From Macrostomum lignano (lineage: Eukaryota), in assembly GCA_002269645.1 (NCBI GenBank), contig NIVC01002688.1:85717-149716 (forward strand): DNA of 64,000 nucleotides. The letters run 5' to 3'. Position numbers and translations under genes: made by a program. Numbering within the stretch: position 1 is the stretch's first letter; each line of letters begins with the position of its first letter. The notes under the pieces are model-generated. The model was not told the origin of the DNA, ran no database searches, and saw nothing but the letters and a program-made list of their open reading frames with translations. Positions 26,806 through 40,641 of the stretch are shown in pieces.

Positions 26806-29800
26806 TCATGTTGCCATCTCTGACTGATTCTTAGCGAAATTGATGAACACCTGGAAAAATGAAACAAGATTGAAAATTTCAACAAACCCATAAAATATGT
26901 TGCTCGTTATTGACAGAAGTACCAGTTTACCTGGTCCAGAGTGGTCTGGTTGACGCTGTAGTCCAGCACCAGACCGTTGTCCTTGAGCCTCTGGACGCTC
27001 TCAAAGATGGTCCTGAGCCTCACGGTCTGCTTCAGCTGGTACTGCAGCACAGCCGCGTGGTTCTCGCACAGCACGGCGTCCGGAAAGGCCGACATGAACG
27101 CTTCGTGAGCTCTCTCCAGCTGACCTTCCGTGTTATCGATGGTAGCGGAGGCCGAGGCAGAGGCGGATGTCGCCTCCTGCGACTGCGGCTGACGAACGCG
27201 CAGGAAGATGGTGAACCCTTGGCCGAACTTGTTCTTCAAGTGCTGAGGACTGCCGATGCACTGCAGTCTGCCGTTCACCTGTGTAAGATGTTAGTGAAGG
27301 TATGGTGGGCAAAGTGAGCTGCTTGGCTGCTGCATGAGCTGCAATACCAGCACTGAGCTGCTCTCACCATGATGGTGAGCCTGTGACACAGCGCTTGGCA
27401 ATCCTCCATGCTGTGAGTTGTGAGAATGACGCACGAGCCAGCAGTGACCATGCGTTGGATGCAGCGCCAAAGGAATCTGCGAGCTCCAGGGTCCATGCCG
27501 GCAGTTGGCTCGTCCAGGAACACGATCGGCGGGTTGCCGATGAACGCGATGCCGCAGGAGAGCTTGCGCTTGTTGCCTCCGCTGTACTCCTGAGTGGTCT
27601 TGTCCAGGTGCGCCTCGATGCCCACCCTGCGGTGTCGAGGTGGCCCTGCGTACAATCTTCTCATTTCAAAAGCGCACTTTTTAGAGTAACATTCATTCAA
27701 TTTCAATTTCACTTCCATCGTTTCACTTATCAGAGTAACGCGAGCAAGAGCAAGATCGGTGACGAACCTCTTTGAGATGGTCTCCACCAGCTGGTCGATG
27801 TCCTCCTCCTCCACGCCTCGAATCCTCGCGTACAGCTGCAGCGTCTCCCTGCCGGTCAGTAGTGGCAGCAGCGCATCGAACTGGGGACAATATCCCAGCT
27901 GCTTGTGAACCTCGAGAGCCTCCGTCAGGATTGAGAAGCCGCCGACTCGAGCGTCTCCGCTCGTCGGTGTGAGGTCACCTGAGGTCATCGAGGCATCGAG
28001 GGTGAAAATGCATGCATTGAGCATTTAAGTAGAAAAAGCAAATCGATAGGACCTCTTGAACCTACGGACAGCATCTGCTCCCAGCGACTCACCAGTCAGC
28101 ATCTTGAACGTGGTCGTCTTGCCAGCTCCGTTGACGCCCAAGAAGCCGAAGCACTCCTGAGACTTCACTCCCAGACTGATGCCTTTGACGGCGGCTCTCG
28201 GTCCGGAGCTGGTGCTGAAAATCTTGACGAGCCGCTGCAGTTCGAGCAAGTAGGAGCTGGCGCCGGCTCCGTCAACCTTGGCAGCTTCAGCGAGCACGTC
28301 ATCGTCGATCTCCGCTGCTTCCGGCTGCCGCAGCGCGCGCTCGTACTCGGCGCGGTAGAAGAGGCGGAAGAAGCGCGAGGACACGAGGCCCTGCTTGCAG
28401 CAGCAGTTGTACTCGAGCAGCAGTACGAGCGCAAAGTACACAACACTGTGCGCCACAAGGCAGGCCAGATATCGGCCAGAGGCGCTCCAGGCGCTGTCGT
28501 GGATGTCGATTCCCCCGATAATTTTTTTAAACACTGCGCTGCTGAGTCCGGTTTCAATTCTCATTTTCTCTAGCTTGACCGATACCTGCGCCAAGATCAA
28601 GGCAGATGTTTTATTAATTTCTGAATGGTTTGAAGCACCGGTAGCAGGCCCTCAGAATAAAATTATGCATTTATTCTGCGCAGTTTCTCTGGAGCTTCTC
28701 AAGCTCCATGGAGACAGTAGGGACCAACTTGAGAAGGGGTCGGCAAACCACAAAGTCTAAATAAAGAATGCAGCTCAAGGCTGCGTGCCATGCCCAGATG
28801 AGAGAAGAAATGAGAAAATAGATGAGAGAATGAGAGAAAAGTTAAGAGGAGATGAGTGGACGAGAGAAGAAGAGAAGACATAAAAACATGAGAAGAGTCC
28901 TTATCGTAAACCTTAAGAGGGCCAGCCTGCTTATGGCCTGCTATGGTGAAGTTTCAGAGAACCTAAGGGCCTGATGGAGAAGCATCGCGGGCCCCATCTG
29001 GTCTGAATCAGAGGCTCAGACCCAGTCAACTGCGTGGCTTTTCCCTGCTGCAATCGGAGTTTCGACTTGAAAGACTTTCTACGGCAAAATATACAGGCTA
29101 CGCGGATTATCAGACTGAAGCGATGGTAGGATTAGCAAATTTCAATATACGAGTTATGATAAAAGCAGCAAATGCGTCATGACTGCGACTGGCCGAGCTC
29201 TCACCTGATAGAAGACATTCAGTTCGACTAGCGACTGGCCCAGACAGAAATGTGGCAGCACGAGAAATGCGTTCTTGAGTATGCCCGCCACGTGCAGCAG
29301 TGATTCGTCATTGTTTTGCTGACCGATGAGTCTGACAATGGTCACTGACATTGTGGTCACGAGTCCAAAGCACAAGTTCAGGCATGACAGCAAGGTGAAC
29401 GCCTTGCTCGGAACGGTCATCACCCAGCTAAAGGGGTACATCATTGGTGCACTGGCGAACCCGAAAAGAACCATGGTCAGCAGGAACGGTCCGATGGTCT
29501 GCGCACCAACGAACTCGTAGTTCTTGAATGCCACAAACAGGAATATTACGATGGTCAGCGGCACCATGTAGTTCAACAGGTTCCAGATGTGGTTCACGAT
29601 CCAGTACAGAATGGGGTTAATTCCGGACACGAACTGCACTTGTTTAGAATTTGTACTTCTCTCGGAGATGAGGAAGAGTACAAAGCTGGCGGGAATGAAG
29701 GACAGGGCGAAAACAATGAACACAATTATCGCGGCGGACATTGCCACATCGTTTTTAAGTACGTTTTTTGCGTGCTTCAGCCGAGAAGTGATGGGGTGAG

Positions 29801-32800
29801 TCCAGCCGGACACGCCGATCTGGTCAGGCGAGCCGATGCTCTTGTTAGCCAGAGCCCTCATGATAGCGTTGCTGAGGGTGTTGAGGTAGGCAGGCCCGGA
29901 CACGTAGCCCCGGTTGTCGAACCAGACTTGGTTCACAATGGAGCTCAGATTTTCTTGTTGTCGACTGCTCTCCAGCCAACTGTACAGCTGCTCCGTGCTC
30001 CTAATTGGGGATCAGATATTAGCGATTCGACTGACTGACTGACTGACTGACTGACTGACTGACTGACTGACTGACTGACTGACTGACTGACTGACTGACT
30101 GACTGACTGACTGACTGACTGACTGACTGACTGACTGACTGACTGACTGACTGACTGACTGACTGACTGACTGACTGACTGACTGACTGACTGACTGACT
30201 GACTGACTGACTGACTGACTGACTGACTGACTGACTGACTGACTGACTGACTGACTGACTGACTGACTGACTGACTGACTGACTGACTGACTGACTGACT
30301 GACTGACTGACTGACTGACTGACTGACTGACTGACTGACTGACTGACTGACTGACTGACTGACTGACTGACTGACTGACTGACTGACTGACTGACTACTG
30401 ACTGACTGACTGACTGACTGACTGACTGACTGACTGACTGACTGACTGACTGACTGACTGACTGACTGACTGACTGACTGACTGACTGACTGACTGACTC
30501 TGACTGACTGACTGACTGACTGACTGACTGACTGACTGACTCTGACTGACTGACTGACTGACTGACTGACTGACTGACTGACTGACTGACTGACTGACTG
30601 ACTGACTGACTGACTGACTGACTCTGACTGACTGACTGACTGACTGACTGACTGACTGACTGAATTAAAGGAGCCTACCTGTCAGATGTATTGCTGCCAA
30701 TAAGCGTGTCCATTTGCCTTAGCACCAACGAAGTCTCCTTTCCAGCGCGGGTGGCGTCTGCACTGACTGGCTGCGAGTCGTTCACGAACAGCGTGTAGCC
30801 TCCGAATCTCTTTCGGTAGTACTCCATCACTGTCGACTGGATGTAGTTTGTCAGGTTGTAGCCCTGCATGCTCTCCACAATGTCGGAGCTCATCAGAGAC
30901 TTCCGAGCTGGCGCTGGCCAGTCAACGCACTTGGCGCTGTTCGGGTAGTCCTTGTACGAGCACTGACACCACGATGTGTTGCTGGGCAGGTTGCTGGGAG
31001 TCTCAGACCACACAGAGCCTCGTCGCTGCGTCTTGCACGGGAAGTCGGGGTTGCTGAACACATCCTCTCGCATGCAGCGAGTTCCGAGGAAGTCCGTGCT
31101 GTTCATGTGCAGCATCAGCCGGTTGGACAGGTCGGTCAGGCTGTGGTTGTTTGGGTAGGCGGTCAGGCTGCGGCTCTGGAACACTGATAGGTCCTTGAGG
31201 CGAGATCGCTCTGGCTTGCCGAGCATGTACCAGGGCGCTAACTCCATCGGTGGATGTTCACCTACTTTAGGCACAATCTTGAGCAGAGCGAGGGCCAGGA
31301 GGATAAACATTGGAGGCAGCACAAACTCGGCGAGGAATCCGATCTTTGAGCGACGCATTACGTGGAAGCGCTTGAGCCAGAGCGCCTTGATTTGCTGCCA
31401 CAAAGGCCGCCGCGTCCTTCGTACTTTCTGCTGACTCTGAGACTCTGCTGATATATTTTCTCTTGAACTGCGGCTGCTCTCACCGCCTTCTGTATTGCTA
31501 CTCATCGCTTGTTCCAAGTACCGCCGTCGTACACTTTCCCTATAAGACGGGCGAAACTCGACAACGGAGGAGTTACAGAGCAGTTCCTCTTTTTTTTTAT
31601 CAGGCAGCCCAGTCACAGCGAGAAAAATCTCTTCGAGGGAGCTGTCCTCGATACCGTATGAAGAGATTCCCAGCTGTAGGGGAAGTTCGTCCAAAGTTTC
31701 AAACAGGTCAGCAAATAGAGGCACAGAGCTGTATGGCAGCCTGATGTTGATCTCACTGGATGTGCACTCCGCCAGATTTGCCTCTGGGACCTCAGACTGC
31801 ACAGAATTCAGCACTACATCAAGCTCGCAGTCTGGCGAAGCCTTCACCAGAGTCAGTGTGTAGCCCTCACCGAACTCTTTCTTCAGAAACATCGGAGAGC
31901 CTGAGCACACGAGACGGCCCTTGTTGATGACGCAGATTCGGTCGCCCAGAATTTCCGCCTCGTCCATGTGGTGGGTGGTCAGGATGATGGTGCGGCCCTG
32001 ACGATACTTTGCCAATACGTCCCAGATCGAGCGACGTGCGTGGGGGTCCACGCCTGAAGTTAAATATAATGGAGTACAATGGAGAATTCAAGAATGGGAT
32101 TCCAAACGCAGACATTTCATACTTTATGTCGAAGGAACGCTTCATCTGGTTCTGAGACGGTCTAAACCCACAAAAGTTTTGTCAATACAAAAGACTTCAA
32201 GAAAAATGGCTAAGTATAATTAAGTCAACTCTATTGGTTAATATAACGAAATTTTGCTGATTCTGATAATTAAACACAGACAAAAATTGTTGAACTTCAT
32301 GGAAACAACATGAAGCGGCGGTATTATAGTTGCAGCATATTCTGGTCAACAGGGCTCTCTCTTTTTCTCGCTTTGTAAGAGAGAAGAATGTCTTCAAATG
32401 TCACCCAGGCCACCCGCAGAGCTCACCGGCAGTTGGTTCGTCCAGAACAACGACTTTCGATCCGCCTATAAATGCCAGGGCAACAGACAGCCTTCGCTTC
32501 ATCCCGCCTGACAGATTACCGCAAATCTCGTGTCTCTTTTTTTCGAGGCCCACATCGGCGGCCAAGAAGTCAATCTGTACGTTCAGCTCCGCCCTGCTGA
32601 GGCCCTTCAGCATGCCGTAGAAGTAGATGTGGTCCTCAACCGTCAGGGTGTCGAACAGCACATTGTACTGAGGACACAGGCCGAGGTGCCTGCGAATCTG
32701 GTCCATCTCTGTGCGGATGTCGTACCCGCCGATGAAGGCGGTGCCCGATGTCGGCAGAAACAATCCAGTGAGAATCGACATTGTCGTGCTTTTTCCTGTG

Positions 32801-35800
32801 GCCAAAAGGTTACGTAAACTTTAATAGATCTGAGTTTGAATCAGCATACGAAAATGAATATCGGGTTCAGCAGCAGCAGAGCTTCGAGAACTAAAATCAG
32901 ATTTGTCACTGTTAGCTAGCGTTGCAACTCACCGGCGCCGTTGTGACCCAGAAAGGAGGTGATCTGATTTTCGAAGAAGTTGTAGCTGAGGTCGTCAACA
33001 GCAGTGAGAGGCTCGGTTTGTCTCCGGCAGGAGAAGCAACCGGGCCGGTAGATCTTCGACAAATTCCTAATCGCAACGCCCACTTTCAGGTTCGCGGGCT
33101 CGTCTTCGAAGTGCTGCTTGCTGCTTTTATTGGAATCCACTGAGACTGATTCTACTTTGCCATTGGAAAATGCCAGGCTGCTGTCACTGACACCATGTTT
33201 GCTTGTGTTCCCGAACCAGAAGGAGTGCAGGAAAGGAAAGTACCACGGCTTCGGGACTCCGTACGGGCCGGGGAATAACTTTTCCAGGTACCAGGTGAGC
33301 AGCATTAGAATGGCGGAATCGACCCACAGCATCAGAATCACCTAAAGTCGTTTGAAGGCGAGTTGACAATACAGATAGAAATATTTGATTAGACAGAAAT
33401 TATTCAGTGGGGGACTCTCAATCATAAATTTTTCATGACGCATAGTTTTAGTAGTATATTAAAATCAGTATGTACTGCATAAAGCTGTGCTAAAATATCC
33501 ATAATTTTAGTCCCGCAAATCGTCAAAGCAAAATCTTACCAAGAAAAATGACAGCTCCTCACTCCAGAGCGGCGCGCTGAAAAAGTTATTGGCCTGCAGT
33601 CCGATCACGGCCAGCTCCCAGTTGCTGATGATCTCGCTGCCAATGCCGAATGCAATCTGCGGAATCAGAAAGCTCACAATGAAGTGGGCTTGCCTCATGG
33701 TGCTGGTGAACTGTATGACCACCAGGTAGATCACGTAGCCGACAATGTAGGCCACGGCTGCGACCGCGGCCGCTACGCTTGCGTTGGAGAAGAAGATCGA
33801 TATGAAGAAGGCCTCACAAATCGTGCTGACCGCGAATGAGACGATGAAAAGGAACAAAAGCCCGGATTTGAGAGGCCGATTATTTGCCCAGCCTTCAGCA
33901 TCACTGTTATCAGAGTGCCCGAAACCAGCATGATTGCAAATGAGGTGATGAACCAGGAGACCCAGTGCACTCCGTCGGACAGTCCCATAATCTTCATCAT
34001 CTCTTTCAGCCGGGTCTCTTTCTCGTAGACAATGGCGTTCACCAGCACGGACACATTGAATATCCACGTGAAAATCAAGAGCATGGGTAAGAAAGCATTG
34101 GTGACTTTGGCGAAGGTGTCATCCATGTAGCACACTGATGGGAACATTGTCAAGTAGGTCTGGAGCGGCGCGTTCACGCCTGTAACTTCTGCTTGAATTC
34201 CGTGTTCGAGCAGCTCCTGGTGTAAAATGAGAAAATTAAAAAGAACTGCGAGTTAAAACAAGACGCGTCCCAGAGTCGTTGCAGGTAACACAGGTAAAAT
34301 AGAAAAGAAGTGACTCTAAAACGAGCGACACAAGTGACTCTGGGGCGCTTCTATAATGATGGGCAGTAAAGTCGAACCTGAGGCGTGCAAGAGTCGCTGA
34401 AGAGTCACTGAATTGTGTCTAAAGCGCATCTGAGTCACTCTTTGAAATAAAAATGTGCATTTCAGATTTTTAATAACTTTACGAGTGTATTTAGTCTGCT
34501 TGAGTTAGTAGAAAGGCCACCCCCAGGGATGGGCAAGCTGACCACCCCGAACAACATCCGTGATCTTCGCGAGTTGGTCCGAGATACCGGCCGGATGAAG
34601 GTCGCCGATGCCTCCTCTGTGAACCTGCCGACTACTTGCGGGGCTAAACCCTCGCACCAGGGTTAAACCTTCGTTTCATGTAAGTAAGTAAGGTAGAAAG
34701 TTAAGCGCTAACACAACGACTCTTATACTAATTTTGCGACTCTTTTACGATGTTACAGCTCCCGTGTTGCTCTCGTGACTCAACAGTGGCCTCTGCATTA
34801 CAGTCGTTTAAGTACTCGCATTTTTAAAAGTCCCAACAGGTACCCCAGAGTCTCTAGAGTCACTAGTGAGTTGTTTACTATCACCCTTCATCGGTTCTTG
34901 TCACGGTTGCTTTTTCAGTGGGAGTAGCTGGTATGCAGTTTGAAATCAGTAATCAAATTTTTCCAGTGAAAATATTTTTCTTGAATGACCTAATGGAAGA
35001 AAAGCTCACCTGAATGTATATGAAGAAAGATGTAAAGTACTTAAAATCGGTTTGAAAATTCGTTCGAGGCTTTGGTTTGAAATGGCTGTCCAATACTTTG
35101 AAGTGCCTGGTGCTGTCAATAGAGTTTTCTGGAAATCTTAAGCGGTACTTCACGAAGCCCGGCGCCAGCTTGTCGAAGAGCAGAGACGCAATGAACAGCG
35201 ACTTGTTCACTTTCTTGTAGTCTTCCAGTTCGTCGATGAGGAAGCTGGTGCGGTTTTCCAGCGACTTCTCGGTGCTGAAGCCGCGAAGCTTGCTAAGGCG
35301 GAAACAGGCGGTGGCGAAGTACAGCCTGAGCATTAGTGTGTTCGTTGTATTCAGGGAGTCCTTCCATGTAGAGCTGGTATTCGACTGAGCGGAAGGCGGA
35401 TCTGGTTGCAGAAACAGCTCCAGGTTCTTGCAGTTGCGACCGTTGGGCTGCCCGGCGTAGTAAATTTGGCAGTGACTCAGCAGTGTCTGAATGTGTGAAA
35501 CGAAGGCATACGCATCGAATGCAGACACGCAGTACAACCATATAGTATAAGGCAGCCCAGGCTCACGGGCTAAGGTCTGCGGTACTACACACGGTCCCTC
35601 TCTGTTTTGGTGTAAGAATGGGTAGAGAACCTTCCTCCATGCTGATTCACAAGCCGGTCTAGGGGTTCGCCTCCAGCATATGCTTAATGAGGCTGGACTG
35701 ACAGGGCTCCAGTGGGGGGCAACCCATCCGTGGCCTTGACTTTTGATTTGGTCATGTTGGGTACGCGGGTTCTCCTGGAAGTGTACCTTTGCGTATCAGG

Positions 35801-38800
35801 TGCCTCTGGCTACGGATCTAAGGGACTGGTGTTGCCTTTTGAATTTAACAGGGTATGCGGCCAGCCCACCAGCCTCTGGAGACAGCCTCTTTGTCTATCA
35901 AGAGCCCAGTGTAGCACCGCACTGATGGTCTTTTGGCTCAGCCTCTTACCAGGTTCTTAACTGAGGAGTTTCTCAGTTGCTAGCCAAGAAGAAACGCAAA
36001 AGCAAGCAGGAAAGCCAAGTCCGACAAGTGTCACCAATACTGCACGGAGCTGGAGGGCGCTACTTCACGCGTGGTCAAGACCCTCACTCTTGACGAGATG
36101 TCAAAGCTCTTAGTTCTCAAAAGATCAGGTGTATTACCCTCCAGTACGTGCCCAAGGCCCGGAAAGAGGCTACGATTGTTTTCATTTCCAAAGCTGGGAA
36201 GGGAGACTGTGAGTGCATCACTCTGCCAAAGCCTACCGCCCCATCAGTCTGACGTCCCTCGTACTCAACCAGAATGCTGTTCGATCTGGATGTTTCATCG
36301 AAAGCGCTGCACGCCATTGCCGACAAGCTCATGTTAATGTGCCGTTTGAAACCTTTAGATGAGGCTTAGCTATGTGCGCAACTTATGAAATTTCCACCGT
36401 GGAAAACTTTGAGGTTGGGAAAGAATATGAAATTTCGAGCTTATGAAACACCCGGCCCCCCTCCCGCCGAGGGTTTGCGGAATGAGCGGTGATGATTCCC
36501 CGCTGCATCCGGATGCCCAAAGACCCCTGCAGCTGATTCAAACTTAATATACGTAAGAATCTTTGCTGTTTCAGAGGCAGCCAAGTCAGCGCAATGCCCA
36601 AACCGTCCAAAACACCCGAAACAAAATCGCACCAACCCGCATATTCGCCATCTCGCTGCTGTTGGTGATGAAGTTGGCGATGCGAGGACTCGTTGACTTC
36701 ACGAAGTTCTCCGCTATGTAGGATGCCCAGGACGCTGCAATAAGGGTCTCGTTCAGCTGGAGTGTTGAATTATAAGTGTAAAGATGCTTGCATTGTTTTC
36801 AACTCTCAAAATTCAGTTTGTTTGCTTCATCGGCTTACTTTCTTGAGAAACTTTCGCGTCCTTTCTGATTCAGGATAGTAAAGGATTTCTCCGAACATGA
36901 GCCGTTTGAGGCCGGAGAACCCGAGCTTGTCGAGCAGCCAGTCAGGAAGCAGCAGGATGGCATTCTGATAGCGCTTGTCTGAGCAAACTGCGGGTGAGAA
37001 ACGTCCTTTCTCTTCTTGCATTCAAAATTTAAAACTCTTTACTGCACAGTGAAGAGGTCTGATAAAATGGCACAAATATTTTTGATTTCCAACTCTAGAA
37101 GATAAAATCAGGTGATAGTTGAATGTCTTGATGATACTGACTGTGAGCACAAGTTGACATTTTGTGCTGAGTCATAATGCACACTCAGCAACACGACAAT
37201 GAAAAGTCGCGACTCTATGCGCCAGTGAGCAATTTCTCTCGGACTATTATGAAATAATAAATACGAGAAAACTGATCGGGGCAGCTTTAATCCGTCCAAC
37301 CCTCGCACACCGCTCCCCCCCCCCTACTTCATTTCTCAACTTAAGTCTGCCGCGGCGTAGCTAAGATGCCTCACCTGCTAAGATTGAGACTTTACCTGCC
37401 CTCATAAAAGTGGCGACCACAGACGGAATCTTCTGTGATGGCGAAATTTCGATGTTGCTGAGTATCAATAGAAGATGCAAGTTGAGATAATTCTTGGGCT
37501 GCAGGAACACCCAAAGTGCTCCGAAAGCATATAAAAAACGTGCATTCTGAGGACTGCATTAGAAAACAAGGTGCTCACACTCCTCTGGAGGCAGAATGGT
37601 TGTCAGATTGACTGTCTCCTCTGAATCGTTTGTCGATTTCTCGATTAATTCGTTTGGCTCGAAGTCTTCGGCTACATCTTCGACCATCTCGCGGTCCAGG
37701 TAGTCCGACAGGACGTTCTTGCCGGAGCCGCAGACATGGCCGGCTAAGATCTTTACAGACCGCAGCCAGCCCTTCAGTCTGCTGCTCGACAGGCCTTCAG
37801 TCACATTCACGGCGAGGTCGCGCATCTTTTGAAACACGAGCAGCGTTCCATCGTTGCTCATCTCGTTAATCTGCGGGATATTTTAATTCAACGTAATGTA
37901 CGAAAGAAGAGCCTCGTAAGAGCGTGTGTTGTGCTGTCAGATCTACCATGATATCTATTTCAATTTGCCAATCTTCAACCATGGAGCTTACCTGAGAAAG
38001 AAGCATCTGCAGACTCTTGAGGTCACTGGGGTTGAGCAGAACGCTGCGCTTGTTGCTGTCTGTAGAGGCCATCTTTTAATGAAAATGATTGGGTTGGAGT
38101 TGGAGTCACAAGGCTTAATTTGCTGCTAAGCTCTTTAACGCATAAGTAACCTCTAGTCTCTGGAAAGCACAGCTCTAGACAGGTGTCAAGAACTCCATCC
38201 CTCTCACCTGGGCCCGAACCGCGTCAAAATCCAGCTGAGACCGGAGGTTTTCGCGGAACCGCGGCTGCTTGCAGAGCTCCCGCACTGCCCGGGTCCAGTT
38301 GGCGGTGGCGCCGGCCCCGCTGCACAGGATATTGGGCAGCCCGCTCTGCGACAGCATCAGGCCAGCCATGCCGGGGCCCATGGACAGGTCCAAGAGCTGC
38401 AATGGGTGATGTCTAATTGTACAAAATTCTAACACGGAGTCCCGTAGGAAGTGGTGAGCATGTCCTAAGACTTTATCCGTACAGCTCATAGTTAATACTC
38501 AATAGTTAATATTTCATTGTTCTCAGTTCATAGGCACATTCAGGCAGTGAAATTCAGCTAATTTTATTCCACTTTACCTTGGGAAACGGCACTTCCGCCG
38601 TCTCGAAAGACGCTCTCTGCTCCTTTGTTACCTTGACGCCATCGAACAGCGCGCTGCCGTTGTTTTTGAAAAGCGAGCGGAGTTTGATCTTCTTCATCTC
38701 TGCAATGTCATGACCCATTTTCATGCAGGGACGGGTGATTGCAGGGATAGGAGAGAGCAGGGATAGGAGAGTGCAGGGACAGGAAAGAGCAGGGATAGGA

Positions 38801-40641
38801 GAATGCAGGGACAGGAGAGAGCAGGGACAGGAGAGAGCAGGGACAGAAGAGTGCAGGGACAGGAGAGTGCAGGGACAGGAAAGAGCAGGGATAGGAGAGT
38901 GCAGGGACAGGAGAGAGCAGGGACAGGAGAGAGCAGGGACAGAAGAGTGCAGGGACAGGAGAGTGCAGGGACAGGAGAGAGCAAGGACAGGAGAGAGCAG
39001 GGACAGGAGAGAGCAGGACAGGAGAGAGCAGGGACAGGAGAGAGCAGGGACAGGAGAGTGCAGGGACAGAAGAGTGCAGGGACAGAAGAGTGCAGGGACA
39101 GGAGAGTGCAGGGACAGGAGAGAGCAAGGACAGGAGAGAGCAGGGACAGGAGAGAGCAGGGACAGGAGAGAGCAGGGACAGGAGAGTGCAGGGACAGAAG
39201 AGTGCAGGGACAGAAGAGTGCAGGGACAGGAGAGAGCAGGGACAGGAGAGTGCAGGGACAGAAGAGTGCAGGGACAGGAGAGTGCAGGGACAGGAGAGAG
39301 CAAGGACAGGAGAGAGCAGGGACAGGAGAGAGCAGGGACAGGAGAGAGCAGGGACAGGAGAGTGCAGGGACAGAAGAGTGCAGGGACAGGAGAGTGCAGG
39401 GACAGGAGAGAGCAAGGACAGGAGAGAGCAGGGACAGGAGAGAGCAGGGACAGGAGAGAGCAGGGACAGGAGAGTGCAGGGACAGAAGAGTGCAGGGACA
39501 GAAGAGAGCAGGGACAGGAGAGTGCAGGGACAGCTCAGCTCAGCTCACTTGTGGGGTCGGACAGGGCAGGGCGCGTGGCCGAGGCGGCGAGTGACAGCTT
39601 CTTGATGGTGTTGTGGTTCAGCCAGAAGTTGATCGCGCCCATCACCCGCGATATGTTTCTGAAACTGGAACGAGGCGAATAATAAAATTAGCTGGAACTT
39701 TTCGCCTTGACCAAGGAGAGATCTCACCCCTCGTCAGTCACGAGGTCTTGGTCTGTGTGGAAAGTCTGGGCTCCCTCTCGACAAACTCCCAGGTGACAGA
39801 ATGACCTGAGCACCGCACCCAGGCCGCTCGAAGCCAAGGGGGACGGTTTGAACTGGCAGGCCGACGATCTCTGAAAGAAGTCCTGCGACTGCCGGATGCC
39901 GATGAGGATGGAGATGATCACCAGCGGAGCGAGCAGCTCCATCAAAGTGGAGATCTGCAGAGTTTGAGCGGCGGTGTTGGATGATTCAGCGCTGAATTCG
40001 GGGCAGCCTCATCACTGCGAATCGGGACAGCCTCATCACTGCAATTCAGGACAGCCTCATCACTGCGAATCGGGACAGCCTCATCACTGCGAATCGGGAC
40101 AGCCTCCTCATTGCGAATCAGGACAGCCTCATCACTGCGAATCGGGACAGCCTCCTCATTGCGAATCAGGACAGCCTCATCACTGCGAATCGGGACAGCC
40201 TCATCACTGCAATTCTGGCTGGTTAAGGAGGCCGTAGCCCAGTGGTCAAGTGCGGCGCTCTTATGTGCCAGCGGCCCAGGCTCAACTCTTATTGAACATA
40301 AGAGCTCAAGTGCAGTCACATTAATTTGGGGCTCGGTTGGAATAACGGCTTGGGACTACTTGTGCAATCAACGCAATTGAGGGCAAACCTCCGAGGCACA
40401 GCCTAACGATAAACGAAGTTAGGGCCGCTGTACACTCCTGCCTGTGTGCCTGTGTGTATGACTGCGTACGTATCCGCGCTTGTGCGCCTGCTCAGGGGGA
40501 TTTCAGGAGGAAGTAGAAATGTAAAACCAATGAAACCAGCGCGTCACAAGCGTTGCGCCACCGCGGACTTACCGGCCGTCTCTGCTTCAGCTTGATGTCC
40601 TTCCACAGCAGCACGCAGATCTGCTCACAGGCAGTCACCAT
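26806..40641 (-). CDS. ABCA: ABCA-subfamily full transporter, copy C (complete, multi-exon)
   Basis: Exon 1 40641-40573 [23 protein letters not shown] followed by gtaagt; TMD1 33530-34215; NBD1 [15 protein letters not shown]; 458-aa exon 30675-32051; TMD2 29154-29970; NBD2 27275-28540; last exon 26850-26806 [14 protein letters not shown]. Confidence 0.93.
30028..30662. repeat. (GACT)n tetranucleotide microsatellite, ~155 units, in an intron of copy C
   Basis: Directly visible; starts about 16 nt inside the splice donor of the ECD2 exon. Confidence 0.98.
30678..32053 (-). CDS. ABCA: Large central exon of ABCA copy C (NBD1 end, R1, TM7, ECD2)
   Basis: ORF 30675-32051 with the same motifs as the B central exon. 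Confidence 0.9.
34515..34695 (+). mobile_element. Possible 3' fragment of a non-LTR retroelement in a copy C intron
   Basis: GC-rich segment ending in a (TAAG)3 tail within AT-richer intron; no diagnostic RT motif seen. Confidence 0.25.
38722..39532. repeat. 16-bp intronic minisatellite (~50 copies) in ABCA copy C
   Basis: Unit GCAGGGACAGGAGAGA / GCAGGGACAGAAGAGT between two ECD1 exons. Confidence 0.95.
39995..40212. repeat. 24-bp tandem repeat (~9 copies) in intron 1 of copy C
   Basis: Unit CGGGACAGCCTCATCACTGCGAAT. Confidence 0.92.
40228..40300 (+). pseudogene. tRNA-derived fragment / SINE head
   Basis: A-box-like TAGCCCAGTGG and B-box-like GGCTCAACTC at tRNA-like spacing; acceptor stem does not close. 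Confidence 0.35.

Noticed and set aside
9-31744. Many 60-165-aa ORFs antisense to or out of frame with ABCA exons
   Set aside because: Shadow frames of GC-rich coding sequence; they recur between paralogs only because of DNA identity
35540-36000. Possible retroelement fragment in a copy C intron
   Set aside because: No RT or endonuclease motif, TSD or tail could be identified
38554-39682. Cys/Ser/Pro-rich and Gln/Glu/Arg-rich ORFs
   Set aside because: Translations of the 16-bp intronic minisatellite of copy C
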